Shown here: piece after piece, positions 45,071-55,757 of the stretch
How positions within the stretch are numbered: position 1 is the first letter of the stretch
Layout: each line of letters begins with the position of its first letter
DNA from: Treponemataceae bacterium
Lineage (GTDB): Bacteria; Spirochaetota; Spirochaetia; Treponematales; Rectinemataceae
Reading direction: 5' to 3'
Assembly (NCBI GenBank): GCA_963667725.2
Contig: CAXXHO010000005.1
Coordinates: 672,001 to 736,000 of the forward strand
Length of the DNA stretch: 64,000 nt
Notes under the pieces: generated by a model
What the model saw: only the letters and a program-made list of their open reading frames with translations
Told to the model about the DNA's origin: nothing
Database searches by the model: none
Position numbers and translations under genes: made by a program

Positions 45071-46162
45071 TTAATAATTATTTAGCGTATCAATAATGTA
45101 TTGTATTTCTTCATCTTTGAGCCCAATATAAATTGGGAGGCTCAACTCATGTGCTGCATAGTATTCAGCCTTCGGAATTTGCCCAGCTTTGTAGCCTAAA
45201 TCTTTGTAGCACACAGCCAGATGGCAAGAAATCGGATAGTGAATTTGGGTTTGAATTCCCTCTGCTTTCAAGTAATCATGTAATCCATCACGATCTTCAC
45301 AGATGATCGGAAACACATGGAAAATATGATAAGTGCCAGGTCTGACTTCTGGAACCATTAATTTTTTATTTTTTATTCCATCAATGTATTTTGCAGCAAT
45401 TTTATTGCGTTCCATGTTTCCTGCATCAACATACTTTAGACTGACACCAGTAATAGCTGCCTGAATCTCGTCCATACGACTATTAATGCCAAGCAGTTCG
45501 TGCTTATACTTAATTTTACTGCCATAATTTCGTAGCATACTAATACGATCAGCAAGTTCATCATCGTTGGTTGTCACGGCACCAGAATCACCAAAAGACC
45601 CGATAGGCTTCATCGGATAGAAACTGAAGCATGCAACATCACTAAAAGTTCCGCACATTCTTCCTTTGTAAAGAGCACCATGACTCTGAGCACAGTCTTC
45701 GACAACTTTAAGATTATACTTCTTTGCAATTACCATTATTGCATCCATTTCACATGCCTGACCATAGAGATGTACAACCATTACTGCCTTTGTTTTTTCG
45801 GTTATTGCAGCTTCTAATGCCTGGGGATCAATACCGAAGTAATTATCCGCTTCTACGAACACCGGTTTTGCACCATTCTGTGTTATAGCCAACGCTGTAG
45901 CAATGAAAGTATTCGTTTGAACGATTACTTCATCTCCCTTTTTAATACCAGATGCTGATAAAGCAAGACGAAGAGCATCAAGACCATTACCCACTCCGAT
46001 ACAGTGTTTGGCTCCCATGTATTTTGCATAATCAATCTCAAACTTTTTTAGCTCATTCCCAAGGATATACCATCCTGAACGAAGCGCACGAAGAGCAGCT
46101 TCTTCATACTCATTCTGGTATTTAATGTATTGTCGACTTATTTCCGCGAAACTAATATTCAT
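45071..46162 (-). CDS. dTDP-3-amino-3,6-dideoxyhexose transaminase (FdtB/QdtB-like DegT)
   Basis: [38 protein letters not shown] and [10 protein letters not shown] motifs. Confidence 0.85.
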   Translation of the reverse strand: MNISFAEISRQYIKYQNEYEEAALRALRSGWYILGNELKKFEIDYAKYMGAKHCIGVGNGLDALRLALSASGIKKGDEVIVQTNTFIATALAITQNGAKPVFVEADNYFGIDPQALEAAITEKTKAVMVVHLYGQACEMDAIMVIAKKYNLKVVEDCAQSHGALYKGRMCGTFSDVACFSFYPMKPIGSFGDSGAVTTNDDELADRISMLRNYGSKIKYKHELLGINSRMDEIQAAITGVSLKYVDAGNMERNKIAAKYIDGIKNKKLMVPEVRPGTYHIFHVFPIICEDRDGLHDYLKAEGIQTQIHYPISCHLAVCYKDLGYKAGQIPKAEYYAAHELSLPIYIGLKDEEIQYIIDTLNNY

Positions 46163-46225
46163 TTTAATCCTCCATTTGTCTAATATCATGAATTCTCTTT
46201 AGATACTTAATTTCCGAAATTGAAT

Positions 46226-47755
46226 TTAAATTCTCTTTTTTACTTCAAATACGCTTAATATAATTAAAATTTCTTTACACCGCATAATTAAAAGCATTAA
46301 TATATACAAAGTGAGACCTGCAATAGTAACAACGCTAAACCTTAAATATAATGAAATTCCTGTCATTCTTTTTTTCATTAACAATATTACTATAGCCATA
46401 ATACTCACACTTAGCATCGATTTTATGACTGTTGGTAACATCTCGCGTATACTAATAATATAAAGACTCTTTTTAGCTTTCACAAAAATCAATATTGTAG
46501 TAAATAGTATCGAAAATACTATTGATATGACAACACCCGATACTCCTAGCCTTTTTGATAAAAAATAGGCTGTAATTGCAGTTACAAAAAGTGATATACT
46601 ACTATTAATCATAGGAATTTTTGTTTGCTTTTTCGTATAATATACACGAATCAACAAATTTCTAATACTGTCAAAAACAAAAGCTATTGAATATATAAAT
46701 AAACAATTGGCTGTAGCTGTTATTGCATTTTGATCAAATTGTCCTCGACCAAATGTAATGCTTACAATGTCATTCGAAAATATAGCAGAGATAACCGATA
46801 TTGGCAGCAATACCACTATGATGATTCTCAATGCATGAGATACTAGAGAAGTAAATCTAATATTATCTTCAATTGCAACTGACGATATTTCCGTATAATA
46901 TACTGTTATAATTGTTGTGGAAATTAATGTTGAAATAAAGTTGAATAATGTGTTTGAGTAAGATAAAATTGATACCGCTCTAGTCCCTGTGCCAGATGTA
47001 ATTATCCTAGTAATAAGTTGATTAAGTTCAATCGTTGCATTACTCAACAACACAGGGACAATTAAAAGTAAATATTTTTTTAATTCCCGAGTGAAAATGT
47101 GAATTGTTGGAATATAAAGAATATACTTCTGTGTCTTAGTTATTAATAATATTAGCTGAAGAAAGAATGAGAATGGCACTGAAATAGCAAGAGCTGTAAC
47201 GCCGATATACTCCTTAAGTAGAACCATACAAAGAATGGATGTAATACTATAAATTATTGAAGCTAACGCACCATAACCATACACGCTTTCAGCATTCAAT
47301 ATGCCCGTCAGCATGCTAGTTAGTAAAGAAAACAATATTGTTAATGAGTAAATGCGGATATATAGGACAACTTCGTCAAATACTTCTCCTGTATATGATG
47401 GAACTATAAGTTTTGATATAAGGGGTGCTCCAATATATAAAAAGATAATTATTATTATAGCAAACAGCGAAAGCGCTGTGAGCAGAGAGGAACAGATAAT
47501 ATAAGTTTCTCTCTTACCTTTTATTGCTTTGGTCTGTATATAAAATGGCACAAATGTCACTGCTAAAGCAGAAGTCATTCCAAAAAAGACATTTGTCACA
47601 AATCCAGATGCTACAAAATATGCATCCGTACTACTTGATGCACCATAAAAACCAGCTATTGCCATTTCACGAATCAGACTTATCAACTTAGATGTCATCA
47701 TTAAAACAGTCAGTATTCCAATGGATTTAGCGACATTATTTTTTTTATTCGTCAT
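46226..47755 (-). CDS. MurJ/MviN-like lipid-linked oligosaccharide flippase (Wzx role)
   Basis: IREMAIAGFYGASSSTDAYFVA and FGRGQFD motifs; about 14 TM segments. Confidence 0.8.
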   Translation of the reverse strand: MTNKKNNVAKSIGILTVLMMTSKLISLIREMAIAGFYGASSSTDAYFVASGFVTNVFFGMTSALAVTFVPFYIQTKAIKGKRETYIICSSLLTALSLFAIIIIIFLYIGAPLISKLIVPSYTGEVFDEVVLYIRIYSLTILFSLLTSMLTGILNAESVYGYGALASIIYSITSILCMVLLKEYIGVTALAISVPFSFFLQLILLITKTQKYILYIPTIHIFTRELKKYLLLIVPVLLSNATIELNQLITRIITSGTGTRAVSILSYSNTLFNFISTLISTTIITVYYTEISSVAIEDNIRFTSLVSHALRIIIVVLLPISVISAIFSNDIVSITFGRGQFDQNAITATANCLFIYSIAFVFDSIRNLLIRVYYTKKQTKIPMINSSISLFVTAITAYFLSKRLGVSGVVISIVFSILFTTILIFVKAKKSLYIISIREMLPTVIKSMLSVSIMAIVILLMKKRMTGISLYLRFSVVTIAGLTLYILMLLIMRCKEILIILSVFEVKKRI

Positions 47756-47855
47756 ATTCTTCGCCTTTTTATATATGCATATCTTATCTTTGCTCGTATA
47801 TCACTCTCCCTGATAAGATTAATAGTATTACTCTCTATGATATATGTTTACTACA

Positions 47856-49043
47856 CTAAACTATTTTTATCCTGCTTTCAATGTCTTGTTTTCTCATCAT
47901 AAGTCCAACAAACATGAAAATATATATGTTCTGTAGATACGTCCCAGAGAATTGGAGCATCACAAATCCAAGAGTTAAAAATATGAACCCTAAATCTTTA
48001 TAAATTGATGAATGCATAATAATTGACTTTATAACTATAAATGTAACATAAATTGCAAGGAGTCCACCAATTATCACCCCAAAGTCAATCAATAATTCTA
48101 AATATAAGTTGTGCGGATATGAATTATTAATCAGTCCTAATTCGCCTGATGCTCCATATCCAAGAATTGATCTATCTCTAATTAATTCCATTGCATTCTT
48201 CTGAATCATAAGCCTTCCACTATCATTGAATATTGTCTCAGAAAGTATGGTTTTTAGAGTCCGGCTTCCCATTCCTTGATTAACTAGATAATTATTAAGT
48301 GAGGTAGCAAAGAATCGATAATTGCCAGTAAAAATGACTAATACTATTCCAAATAAAACAACAATTCGACGAACTTTTTTATCATCAATTCCAAATATTG
48401 CTTTTAATAATATAAATATACCATAGCAGAACAATGGTCCCCTCGCACCATATACCACAATCATAGTTAATTCAAATAACACAAACAAAGTATTGAGAAA
48501 ACGGCATCCATCTCTTCTGAAAACTTCATTTGTCTGGATTATTGCACATAACAAAACTAAATACGAGAAGGCCATATCATACTCAACTAAATGGTTTCTA
48601 TTAAAGTAATGGAGAGTCAAAACAACTCCCATGAAGTAAGATGTGCTTAATATTTTAGAATATAAGCAGTTCAAATCCCCAATTGCATACAAAAAAACTA
48701 AATATGGTATGCATAATAAAAGTGTTATAATTGTATATGGTAGTATATTCTCTGGAAGCAGGAAACCAGATAGCCAGGCATATAAGTAGCTAATTCCAAA
48801 GAATGTTTCTAATAATACTAAAATAAGCAACTCACTATTTTTAAGATATTTTAAACAAAGCAAAACAGCCAAAAAACTACCGCAAAATCTGATATAAGTA
48901 TAAAACATATCTGAAAATGGCAAGTAATTTAGAATAAATCTCCCTTCAATAATAACAACAGTAAGCATCAAGTAAATGCATATAGCCCTGCTCATTACAA
49001 TGTCTTTTTTGCTATATGCTAATCTATCTTTTGCTTTTCTCAC
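47856..49043 (-). CDS. O-antigen polymerase/ligase-like membrane protein (Wzy-like)
   Basis: Multi-TM; YGARGP, DSGR and YPHNLYLE motifs. Confidence 0.75.
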   Translation of the reverse strand: MRKAKDRLAYSKKDIVMSRAICIYLMLTVVIIEGRFILNYLPFSDMFYTYIRFCGSFLAVLLCLKYLKNSELLILVLLETFFGISYLYAWLSGFLLPENILPYTIITLLLCIPYLVFLYAIGDLNCLYSKILSTSYFMGVVLTLHYFNRNHLVEYDMAFSYLVLLCAIIQTNEVFRRDGCRFLNTLFVLFELTMIVVYGARGPLFCYGIFILLKAIFGIDDKKVRRIVVLFGIVLVIFTGNYRFFATSLNNYLVNQGMGSRTLKTILSETIFNDSGRLMIQKNAMELIRDRSILGYGASGELGLINNSYPHNLYLELLIDFGVIIGGLLAIYVTFIVIKSIIMHSSIYKDLGFIFLTLGFVMLQFSGTYLQNIYIFMFVGLMMRKQDIESRIKIV

Positions 49044-49068
49044 AGTAATGCTCTTTTAATTAAAAATT

Positions 49069-49761
49069 GGGGCTGTACTAGATAAAAGTCTAAATTGAGC
49101 ACCATTTTCTAAGAATTTTAAGTTGATTCTTTGGTGTTCCGTAGTTGAATCGGAACTCACATTCTTTCAGGAACAAATAGAAATATTTCTTTTCTATTCC
49201 ATTGTACTTTCTTAAGACTCTCTTAGCCTGGTTCCAGAAGTTTTCAATTCCGTTAATGTGATTCTTTTCATCAACAAATATATCTGAATGATTTATTCGA
49301 AGATGATGGAATTCACTAACATCCAATGCATCGTAACTATGATAGGCATCAGTATAGACAACGCTATCGGGCTTGATTTTTCGGGCTATTTCGTTCATTA
49401 AGGTCTTTGTCTTGGTATTCTCCACAACAACGGTGAAAACCTTGCCATGGCGCTTTAGCATGCCAAAGACGACTACTTTCCCAGCAGCGCCTCGGCCTCG
49501 TTTATTTTTTCGAACTCCACCGAAGTAGCTTTCATCGATTTCTACTTCGCCATTGAATACTTCTGCTGCTTCCTGGGCTAAATAGAAAGCAATAACTTGA
49601 CGAATTTTCCGATAGAAAAGAGCTGCAGAATTAGGATGAATTTCTAGTATATTTGCAGCAGATCTAGCAGTTACTTCTAGCACAAAGAATTCGAGGAGTC
49701 TTTCTTGTGTTCTTTTCATTAACCTGCAATGACTTATGATCACTTTTTAAGTATAACATCC
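49069..49761 (-). mobile_element. IS1595-family (IS1016-like) element; transposase at 49090-49743
   Basis: VEIDESYFGG, RGRGAAGK, VYTD, NHINGIENFW and ECEFRFN motifs; GGGGCTGTACTAGAT end at 49069, other end degenerate. Confidence 0.85.
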
Positions 49762-49959
49762 GATTATCTGCTTTTAGGCTCCCGCCAAACACCATGTCAA
49801 ACTGATCAAATTCAGGCGTATACTCTGGAATTCTGTACATCTTCGCCTTCAAAGTGCACGACTTTTTTATGCTTTTCTTCAATTTCCGTGCATTTTTCCG
49901 GTCCATTATACCACATATTCCTTTGTCTGATTTAACTTTATTACTTTTTCAGGAGCCCC
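49762..49959 (-). mobile_element. 5'-end remnant of the IS5-family element
   Basis: Near-identical to 31210-31408, including TIR TTTTTCAGGAGCCCC and MDRKNARKLKK...ADNR; truncated at the IS1016-like element. Confidence 0.85.
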
Positions 49960-49971
49960 TATATATCAATG

Positions 49972-51069
49972 CTACAATCTATAAATAGAATCAAGTATTA
50001 TTACTTTTTCATCCCAGCAGTATTCATGAGCCTTTTTTAGTTCGTTTTTAGCAAATTTTGATAATAATTCTGGTTCTTTCATAATCTTCATAATTGCACC
50101 ACGAATTATATCTGAATTATCAGTATCAACAGCAAGACCAAATCCATTAGCCTCAACTCTATTGCCAATTGCCAAGCCCTTCGTTGCAATCATAGGAGTT
50201 CCTGTATGAATTGCCTCAAAATACTTTACAACCTCGGCAACACCCTGCATATTTGGATCATCGCGATTATACCCGCAGAATAAAATATCTGTGTTGTTAT
50301 AAAGAAATTCAGAATCCTTAATCCCATTATAAGGACCATTAATATGTACATTATAGTAATTGGATTCTAACTTCTTTAGTATAGGAAAATCTATACCTCC
50401 ACCATTGATGTCTACTCTCACGTTATCCAATCCTTTAACTGACTCAAATAAAGCAGTAAATGGCTTTATCATTCCCCTGACAACGCCATGATATCCTATT
50501 CTGAGAATTGGAGATTCAACCTTTGAAACATTATTAAAAGTTACTCTATCTGGATAATTCTTCAAGGGATAGAGTTTATCTTGTACCTTGCTGTATGCAG
50601 GTTCCAGATATGCATCATTTTCGTAGAGTGCTGCGTAACTGTGCTTAATCAACCATTCTACTAAATCATGCTTAAAGCACTTCTTTGGTGGATAATTGCC
50701 TTCATAGAACTCATGCATATCAAATACATATGGCATTTTTTTACTATGTAAAGCAAACCCAATTAAAGTATCCAACTTATCATGACAGTGGAGATAATTT
50801 GGAGATTTGTTTTTGATATATTTTTTACATTCATATGCAAATTTAAGAAAAGCAACAATCTGCTTCTTCCCCGAACCATACATAGACGGAATCTGGAAGC
50901 GGACTATTTCAATACCGTCAATTATTTCCTTTAGAGGCCTTTTAGCGCTGATATCTCGATCCCAGCAGAGTATCGTAACCTGAATTCCACGAGACACAAG
51001 GTACTTTGCTTCTTTATATACTCTGACATCCGGATGAAATCCATTGTCAAGTATCATAGTAATATTCAT
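49972..51069 (-). CDS. Glycosyltransferase family 4
   Basis: DVRVYKEA, HCHD, FDMHE and KYFEA...GTPMI motifs. Confidence 0.8.
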   Translation of the reverse strand: MNITMILDNGFHPDVRVYKEAKYLVSRGIQVTILCWDRDISAKRPLKEIIDGIEIVRFQIPSMYGSGKKQIVAFLKFAYECKKYIKNKSPNYLHCHDKLDTLIGFALHSKKMPYVFDMHEFYEGNYPPKKCFKHDLVEWLIKHSYAALYENDAYLEPAYSKVQDKLYPLKNYPDRVTFNNVSKVESPILRIGYHGVVRGMIKPFTALFESVKGLDNVRVDINGGGIDFPILKKLESNYYNVHINGPYNGIKDSEFLYNNTDILFCGYNRDDPNMQGVAEVVKYFEAIHTGTPMIATKGLAIGNRVEANGFGLAVDTDNSDIIRGAIMKIMKEPELLSKFAKNELKKAHEYCWDEKVIILDSIYRL

Positions 51070-51100
51070 AGAATGCCTTAATATTTCTAGTCAATAAATA

Positions 51101-52288
51101 TCAATAAAAACTATCTGCAGCAATAAGCTTTTCGATAATGAACTCTTGTTCTTCCTTCAGCAATTCCGGGTAAATAGGAATTGCAAATGTTTCCTTACAC
51201 AAGATTTCTGTAACAGGTAAATCTCCTGCCACATATCCAAGATTCCAAAATGCCCCCTGCTGATGCAACGCTATAGGATAATATGTACCACAGGGAACTC
51301 CCTCTGCCTTCAGATACTCCATAATCTTTTGAGCATTCTTGTGCCTTAATGCATATATGTAGTATGAATGATAGCTATATTCAGAAACAAAAGGTATGAT
51401 ATAATTCGTTTTTTTTAGCCTTTCATTATAGTTTTCCGCATTATTTCGACGTCCTTCTATGAACTTATCAAGATGAGTAAGCTTCTTTCTAAGGATGGCG
51501 GCTTGAATTGCATCAAGCCTCGAATTGTATCCAATCAAGTAATTGTAATACTTGTCAAAGCCTATAGGCATATCTCTTTGAAGAGTCTCCCCTCTTGCTT
51601 CCAATATTCTCTTCAAGGTATACAATCCATCAGCTCCAGAGCCATGTACCTTTAGAGACTTACATGCACGAGCTATTGCTTCATCATCTGTAAGTATCAT
51701 TCCACCATCACCATCACAACCCAAATTCTTTGTCGGGAAAAATGAGAAACAGGCAACATCGCCAATAATCCTTTTTCTCTCGCCTTTATACCTGGTGCCT
51801 GCAGCTTGAGCACAATCTGCAATTACTTTTATGTTATATTTTATTGCAATAGCTTTGATTACATCCATATCTGCACTTTGGCCATATATATGTACAGGCA
51901 TAATCGCCTTTGTATTAGCTGTTATTTTGCTCTCAATCATACAAGTATCTATACAGTAATTATCTTCGCATACATCAATGAATATTGGTGTAGCCCCAAC
52001 AGTAACTATACTCTCAGCTGTTGCAAAAAAAGTAAAACCTACTGTGATAACCTCATCACCAGGTCCAATGCCTAAAGCACGTAAAGCAAGCACTAAAGCA
52101 TCTGTACCGTTACCGCAAGAAATACCATACTTTACACCATTATACGCAGCGAATTCCTCTTCAAAGGCAGTAACTTCTGGACCACCGACATACTGTCCAC
52201 TACGGAGTACACTCAATACCGCTGCTTCATACTCCACAGCATAGGTTTCATGTTGCCTTTTGATATTCATCAATTGAATCTTTTCCAT
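51101..52288 (-). CDS. DegT aminotransferase (WbpE-like)
   Basis: NGTDAL, SFFPTKNLGCDGDGG and GYNSRLDAIQAA motifs; adjacent to a WbpB-like oxidase. Confidence 0.88.
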   Translation of the reverse strand: MEKIQLMNIKRQHETYAVEYEAAVLSVLRSGQYVGGPEVTAFEEEFAAYNGVKYGISCGNGTDALVLALRALGIGPGDEVITVGFTFFATAESIVTVGATPIFIDVCEDNYCIDTCMIESKITANTKAIMPVHIYGQSADMDVIKAIAIKYNIKVIADCAQAAGTRYKGERKRIIGDVACFSFFPTKNLGCDGDGGMILTDDEAIARACKSLKVHGSGADGLYTLKRILEARGETLQRDMPIGFDKYYNYLIGYNSRLDAIQAAILRKKLTHLDKFIEGRRNNAENYNERLKKTNYIIPFVSEYSYHSYYIYALRHKNAQKIMEYLKAEGVPCGTYYPIALHQQGAFWNLGYVAGDLPVTEILCKETFAIPIYPELLKEEQEFIIEKLIAADSFY

Positions 52289-52302
52289 TTTGCATCCCTC
52301 TC

Positions 52303-53385
52303 TTACTTTTTATCGAACATGTCTACCATATCTATGGTAGAGAAATCCTTAAGTGGTAGTTTCACAGGTTGTCCTGTTTTTTGGCTCTTGTAAATAGCCA
52401 AGACAATTTCCAGTGCATTCTTTCCAGCCTGAGCATCAACATAAGGTGGGCGATTATTCAGAATTGCACTAATTACATCTGAAAATAAACGGCTATGTCC
52501 GTTACCATAAACATTATTGGTAATTTCAAATAACTTTACATTTTCATCGTCTCTTTCGGTCTCATTCTTGAAATTCCAAACATCTATATTATTAGTAGAT
52601 GCTCCACCCACTTTAACTGTACCATTTTCGCCAAATATATATAAGGTTTCCTCTAAATTTTCTGGGTAGACATTCGTCGTTCCTTCAATTGTTCCAATTG
52701 ACCCATTTTTAAATTTAAGAACAGCCATACCTACGTCCTCAGCTTCTAAATACCTATGAAACTGCTGGCGGGTTACGCCATAAACTTCCTCAACTTCCTC
52801 CCCAAACATCCATCGTAGAAGATCAATACCATGGATGCATTGATTCATTAATGCTCCTCCGTCTTGAGCCCATGTACCACGCCAAGAAGCTTGATCATAA
52901 TAGTTTTTATTTCTATTCCAACGTATACTGATACTACCATGTGATAGTCTGCCAAATCGGCCATTATCCAATGCATCTTTTGTTTTTCGGATTGCTAGAT
53001 TAAACCTATTCTGATGGCATGCAGATACCTTTACATCATTGCGTTTAGCTCTAAGAATAATCTCATCCGCGTCGTTAATACTCATAGCTATGGGCTTTTC
53101 AATAATTACATTAATTCCACAATCAATGCAATATAAAGCTATCTCAGCATGTTTCCCACTTTCCGTAGCAATACTAACTAGGTCCAATTGATTTTCAGAA
53201 ATAAGTTGTTTATAGTCGCTATATCGCTTAATCGATTTATTATTTTGTAAATCGTTTTTTGCTAGCACATTCTCCATTCTTCCTGGAACAATGTCACATA
53301 CACCAACAATTTCAAGGTTGTTTTCTCTTGCTGCAATAATGTGATTCGTTGAAATTCTACCACAACCAATAAGTGCATACTTCAT
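52303..53385 (-). CDS. Gfo/Idh/MocA oxidoreductase (WbpB-like nucleotide-sugar 3-dehydrogenase)
   Basis: IGCGRIS, IEKP, HQNRFN and WRGTWAQDGGALMNQCIH motifs. Confidence 0.88.
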   Translation of the reverse strand: MKYALIGCGRISTNHIIAARENNLEIVGVCDIVPGRMENVLAKNDLQNNKSIKRYSDYKQLISENQLDLVSIATESGKHAEIALYCIDCGINVIIEKPIAMSINDADEIILRAKRNDVKVSACHQNRFNLAIRKTKDALDNGRFGRLSHGSISIRWNRNKNYYDQASWRGTWAQDGGALMNQCIHGIDLLRWMFGEEVEEVYGVTRQQFHRYLEAEDVGMAVLKFKNGSIGTIEGTTNVYPENLEETLYIFGENGTVKVGGASTNNIDVWNFKNETERDDENVKLFEITNNVYGNGHSRLFSDVISAILNNRPPYVDAQAGKNALEIVLAIYKSQKTGQPVKLPLKDFSTIDMVDMFDKK

Positions 53386-53416
53386 TGGAAATCCTCCCAT
53401 AATTAATTACTATTTT

Positions 53417-54754
53417 CTATATAGCACAATACGCCCTATTGCATTCATTTGGACTAGGTCTGCCTTCTATTTGATCAATCAGTACTTTGACCAAATTCTT
53501 ATAATCAAACTCTTCTGCAATTGCACGGCAGTTCCGGCAGTAAAGATCATACTCTTCTTTTGGCATATTACTGAACCTAATAATGCCGTCTGCTATTGCT
53601 TTGGGGTTGTTCTCGGTGATAATACCGCAATTTCTTCCAGATACCATATCATACTTTGGCTTAAGTGTAGCAAGTACTGGTCTACCGCTAGCAAAATACA
53701 TAAACAGCTTGTTGGGGCTCAATCCAAAACGGGTGATAGGCGTATTCATAAAGTTAAAAATATTAATATTACACCGAGAAAGCATGTTAGGTGCATATTC
53801 TACTGAAAGACGTCCTTTAAATTTGATGTTTGTTAGCCCGTACTCATCAACCTTTGTTTCAAGCTCTTCTCTATGATCACCATCGCCATATATCAAAAGT
53901 ATAATGTTATTTTCTCTTCTATCTTGGAGTATCTTGGCTGCCTCCACAACAACATCCAAATCATTGGCTCGTCTTATTGCGCCAAGATACGCGACCTTAT
54001 ACTTGTCAGTATCTAGGTCGTCATCTTTAAGAATCAGTTCACTCATATTTCTATCCACCGATTCAAGATCAACGCCATTATTAAGGTATCCGATCTTATT
54101 GATGTCCACATTGCCGCCATGAGCTTTATCCCAACCCTTTTCTAAAATGTAGTCTCTGCCTCCTTCAAATGAAAAGATTATACCATCACTATCTCTATAA
54201 GACTTATATTCCATAAAGTATAGCAACTTTGCTAGAATGCTGCCTTTCTTGATATAGCCCATATCAATAAAATCTTCTGGCCACAAATCAAGAACATCGT
54301 AAATAACCCTTGTCCTATAGTTACGTTTATATTTCAAGAACACATTACCGAAGAGCCCTGCAAAGTCACTGACGATAACATCGGGCACAGGTAATTTTTT
54401 TCTAAGACTCCACACAGCATGTTGGAACTTAATAGACGACAACACTCGTTTAGCACTGTTACCTGTGTAAGTCATTGTCTTTAAAACAAGGAATTGAGCT
54501 CCATCAAATTCAACAAATTCAAATCCCCCCCTCCCTTCAAGCAGATGCTTCTTTGTTCCGTGAATTTGACTCCCACATACAATAATTACTTTATAACCAG
54601 CTTCATTAAGGTGCTGACTAAGGACAATTTGCCTAGTTCTTTTCGATCTGGGGACCGAATAAGGATTAATAATCCAAACTAATTTTTGTTTTACTTGCAC
54701 CTCTATTCCCTCACGCTCTATATTTCGGAAAAAATCCACTATCTTTAATCTCAC
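53417..54754 (-). CDS. Glycosyltransferase family 4 (WbuB-like)
   Basis: DVLDLWPE, NNGVD and SPNKLFMYFASGRPV motifs; true start probably near 54697. Confidence 0.82.
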   Translation of the reverse strand: MRLKIVDFFRNIEREGIEVQVKQKLVWIINPYSVPRSKRTRQIVLSQHLNEAGYKVIIVCGSQIHGTKKHLLEGRGGFEFVEFDGAQFLVLKTMTYTGNSAKRVLSSIKFQHAVWSLRKKLPVPDVIVSDFAGLFGNVFLKYKRNYRTRVIYDVLDLWPEDFIDMGYIKKGSILAKLLYFMEYKSYRDSDGIIFSFEGGRDYILEKGWDKAHGGNVDINKIGYLNNGVDLESVDRNMSELILKDDDLDTDKYKVAYLGAIRRANDLDVVVEAAKILQDRRENNIILLIYGDGDHREELETKVDEYGLTNIKFKGRLSVEYAPNMLSRCNINIFNFMNTPITRFGLSPNKLFMYFASGRPVLATLKPKYDMVSGRNCGIITENNPKAIADGIIRFSNMPKEEYDLYCRNCRAIAEEFDYKNLVKVLIDQIEGRPSPNECNRAYCAI

Positions 54755-55757
54755 TCTGATTCCTTAATCCGACAAGTTCCTGATATTTTTCTATTATGTA
54801 CACCTTTCGTCCAATATGAAACCTGCAAGGTTCTCCACGATAGAAAGCACTCTTAAACTTATATAGATTGTCTTCACTTGAACCAACTCCTCCACCAAGA
54901 TGAAGCGTTTTACAGCCATTGTAGCATCCCCACAAAGCAGCCGCATAAAGAAGAAGGTTAGTAGGAGCTAAGTTCTTATACTCAGGAAGAGATCCAGAAA
55001 GATGGTAATTCAGCTTACCTTTAGTAGCCAATATTATTGAAGCAGCGATCACTTTCCCATCAAGTTCGGCATAAAATATCTGTACCTCTTGCGGCAATTC
55101 CATCATCAAACTCTGATAAAACTCTGGCTTGAAGTAATAGTAAGCTTCAGCATTGTTCTTATCCATCGTCAAGTTATAGACTTCACGAAACTTATTGAAT
55201 ATCTCTGGATATCTACCGTTATAAATCACAATGCGAGACTTTTGAGCCTTTCTAATCATGTTGCGATTCTTACTAGTAAGATTAGTCCAAATAGTATCCA
55301 GAGAGGACAAATCCATCGCAATAGTGTTACCAAGAGCCAGTATATCATAAAAAGAATCCGCGTGCTTATGATTCTCCAACACTGGATGGTACCTTACAAA
55401 CTCACTAACCACATTGTTTTTTTGACACCAAGACTGGTAGCAATCAAAAAGCTCTAAACTGCTCCCTTTACCCTCAATCAACCAGCCACCGTATCCATAA
55501 GGAGTAATAAAATCAAACCATGTATCAGCTTCAATTTTCTCAGAAAATCGAAAATCATTGTATATATCCCTCTGCATGACGACATTTATACCGCGAACAT
55601 CCTGCCCCTCGTAATAGAACAAAAGGGGTACACCATCACCATTATTCTGAAACGCTTTAGCATACCCGCTCAGGTAGTAAACATCATAGGATTGAAAGGA
55701 ACGAACAACAGCATCCCATTCTTTGCTATGCTCAATTGTATAAAATGTTAATGGCAT
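54711..55757 (-). CDS. FemAB-like GNAT acyl/aminoacyl transferase
   Basis: TPYGYGG, EFVRYHP, RNMIRKA, YHLSGS and HLGGG...LYKFK motifs. Confidence 0.8.
   Translation of the reverse strand: MPLTFYTIEHSKEWDAVVRSFQSYDVYYLSGYAKAFQNNGDGVPLLFYYEGQDVRGINVVMQRDIYNDFRFSEKIEADTWFDFITPYGYGGWLIEGKGSSLELFDCYQSWCQKNNVVSEFVRYHPVLENHKHADSFYDILALGNTIAMDLSSLDTIWTNLTSKNRNMIRKAQKSRIVIYNGRYPEIFNKFREVYNLTMDKNNAEAYYYFKPEFYQSLMMELPQEVQIFYAELDGKVIAASIILATKGKLNYHLSGSLPEYKNLAPTNLLLYAAALWGCYNGCKTLHLGGGVGSSEDNLYKFKSAFYRGEPCRFHIGRKVYIIEKYQELVGLRNQSEIKDSGFFPKYRA

Noticed and set aside
49058..49075. AATTAAAAATTGGGG resembles the repeat left arm
   Set aside because: The GGGG belongs to the IS1016-like terminal repeat (GGGGCTGTACTAGAT) and the flank is AT-rich; likely coincidence.
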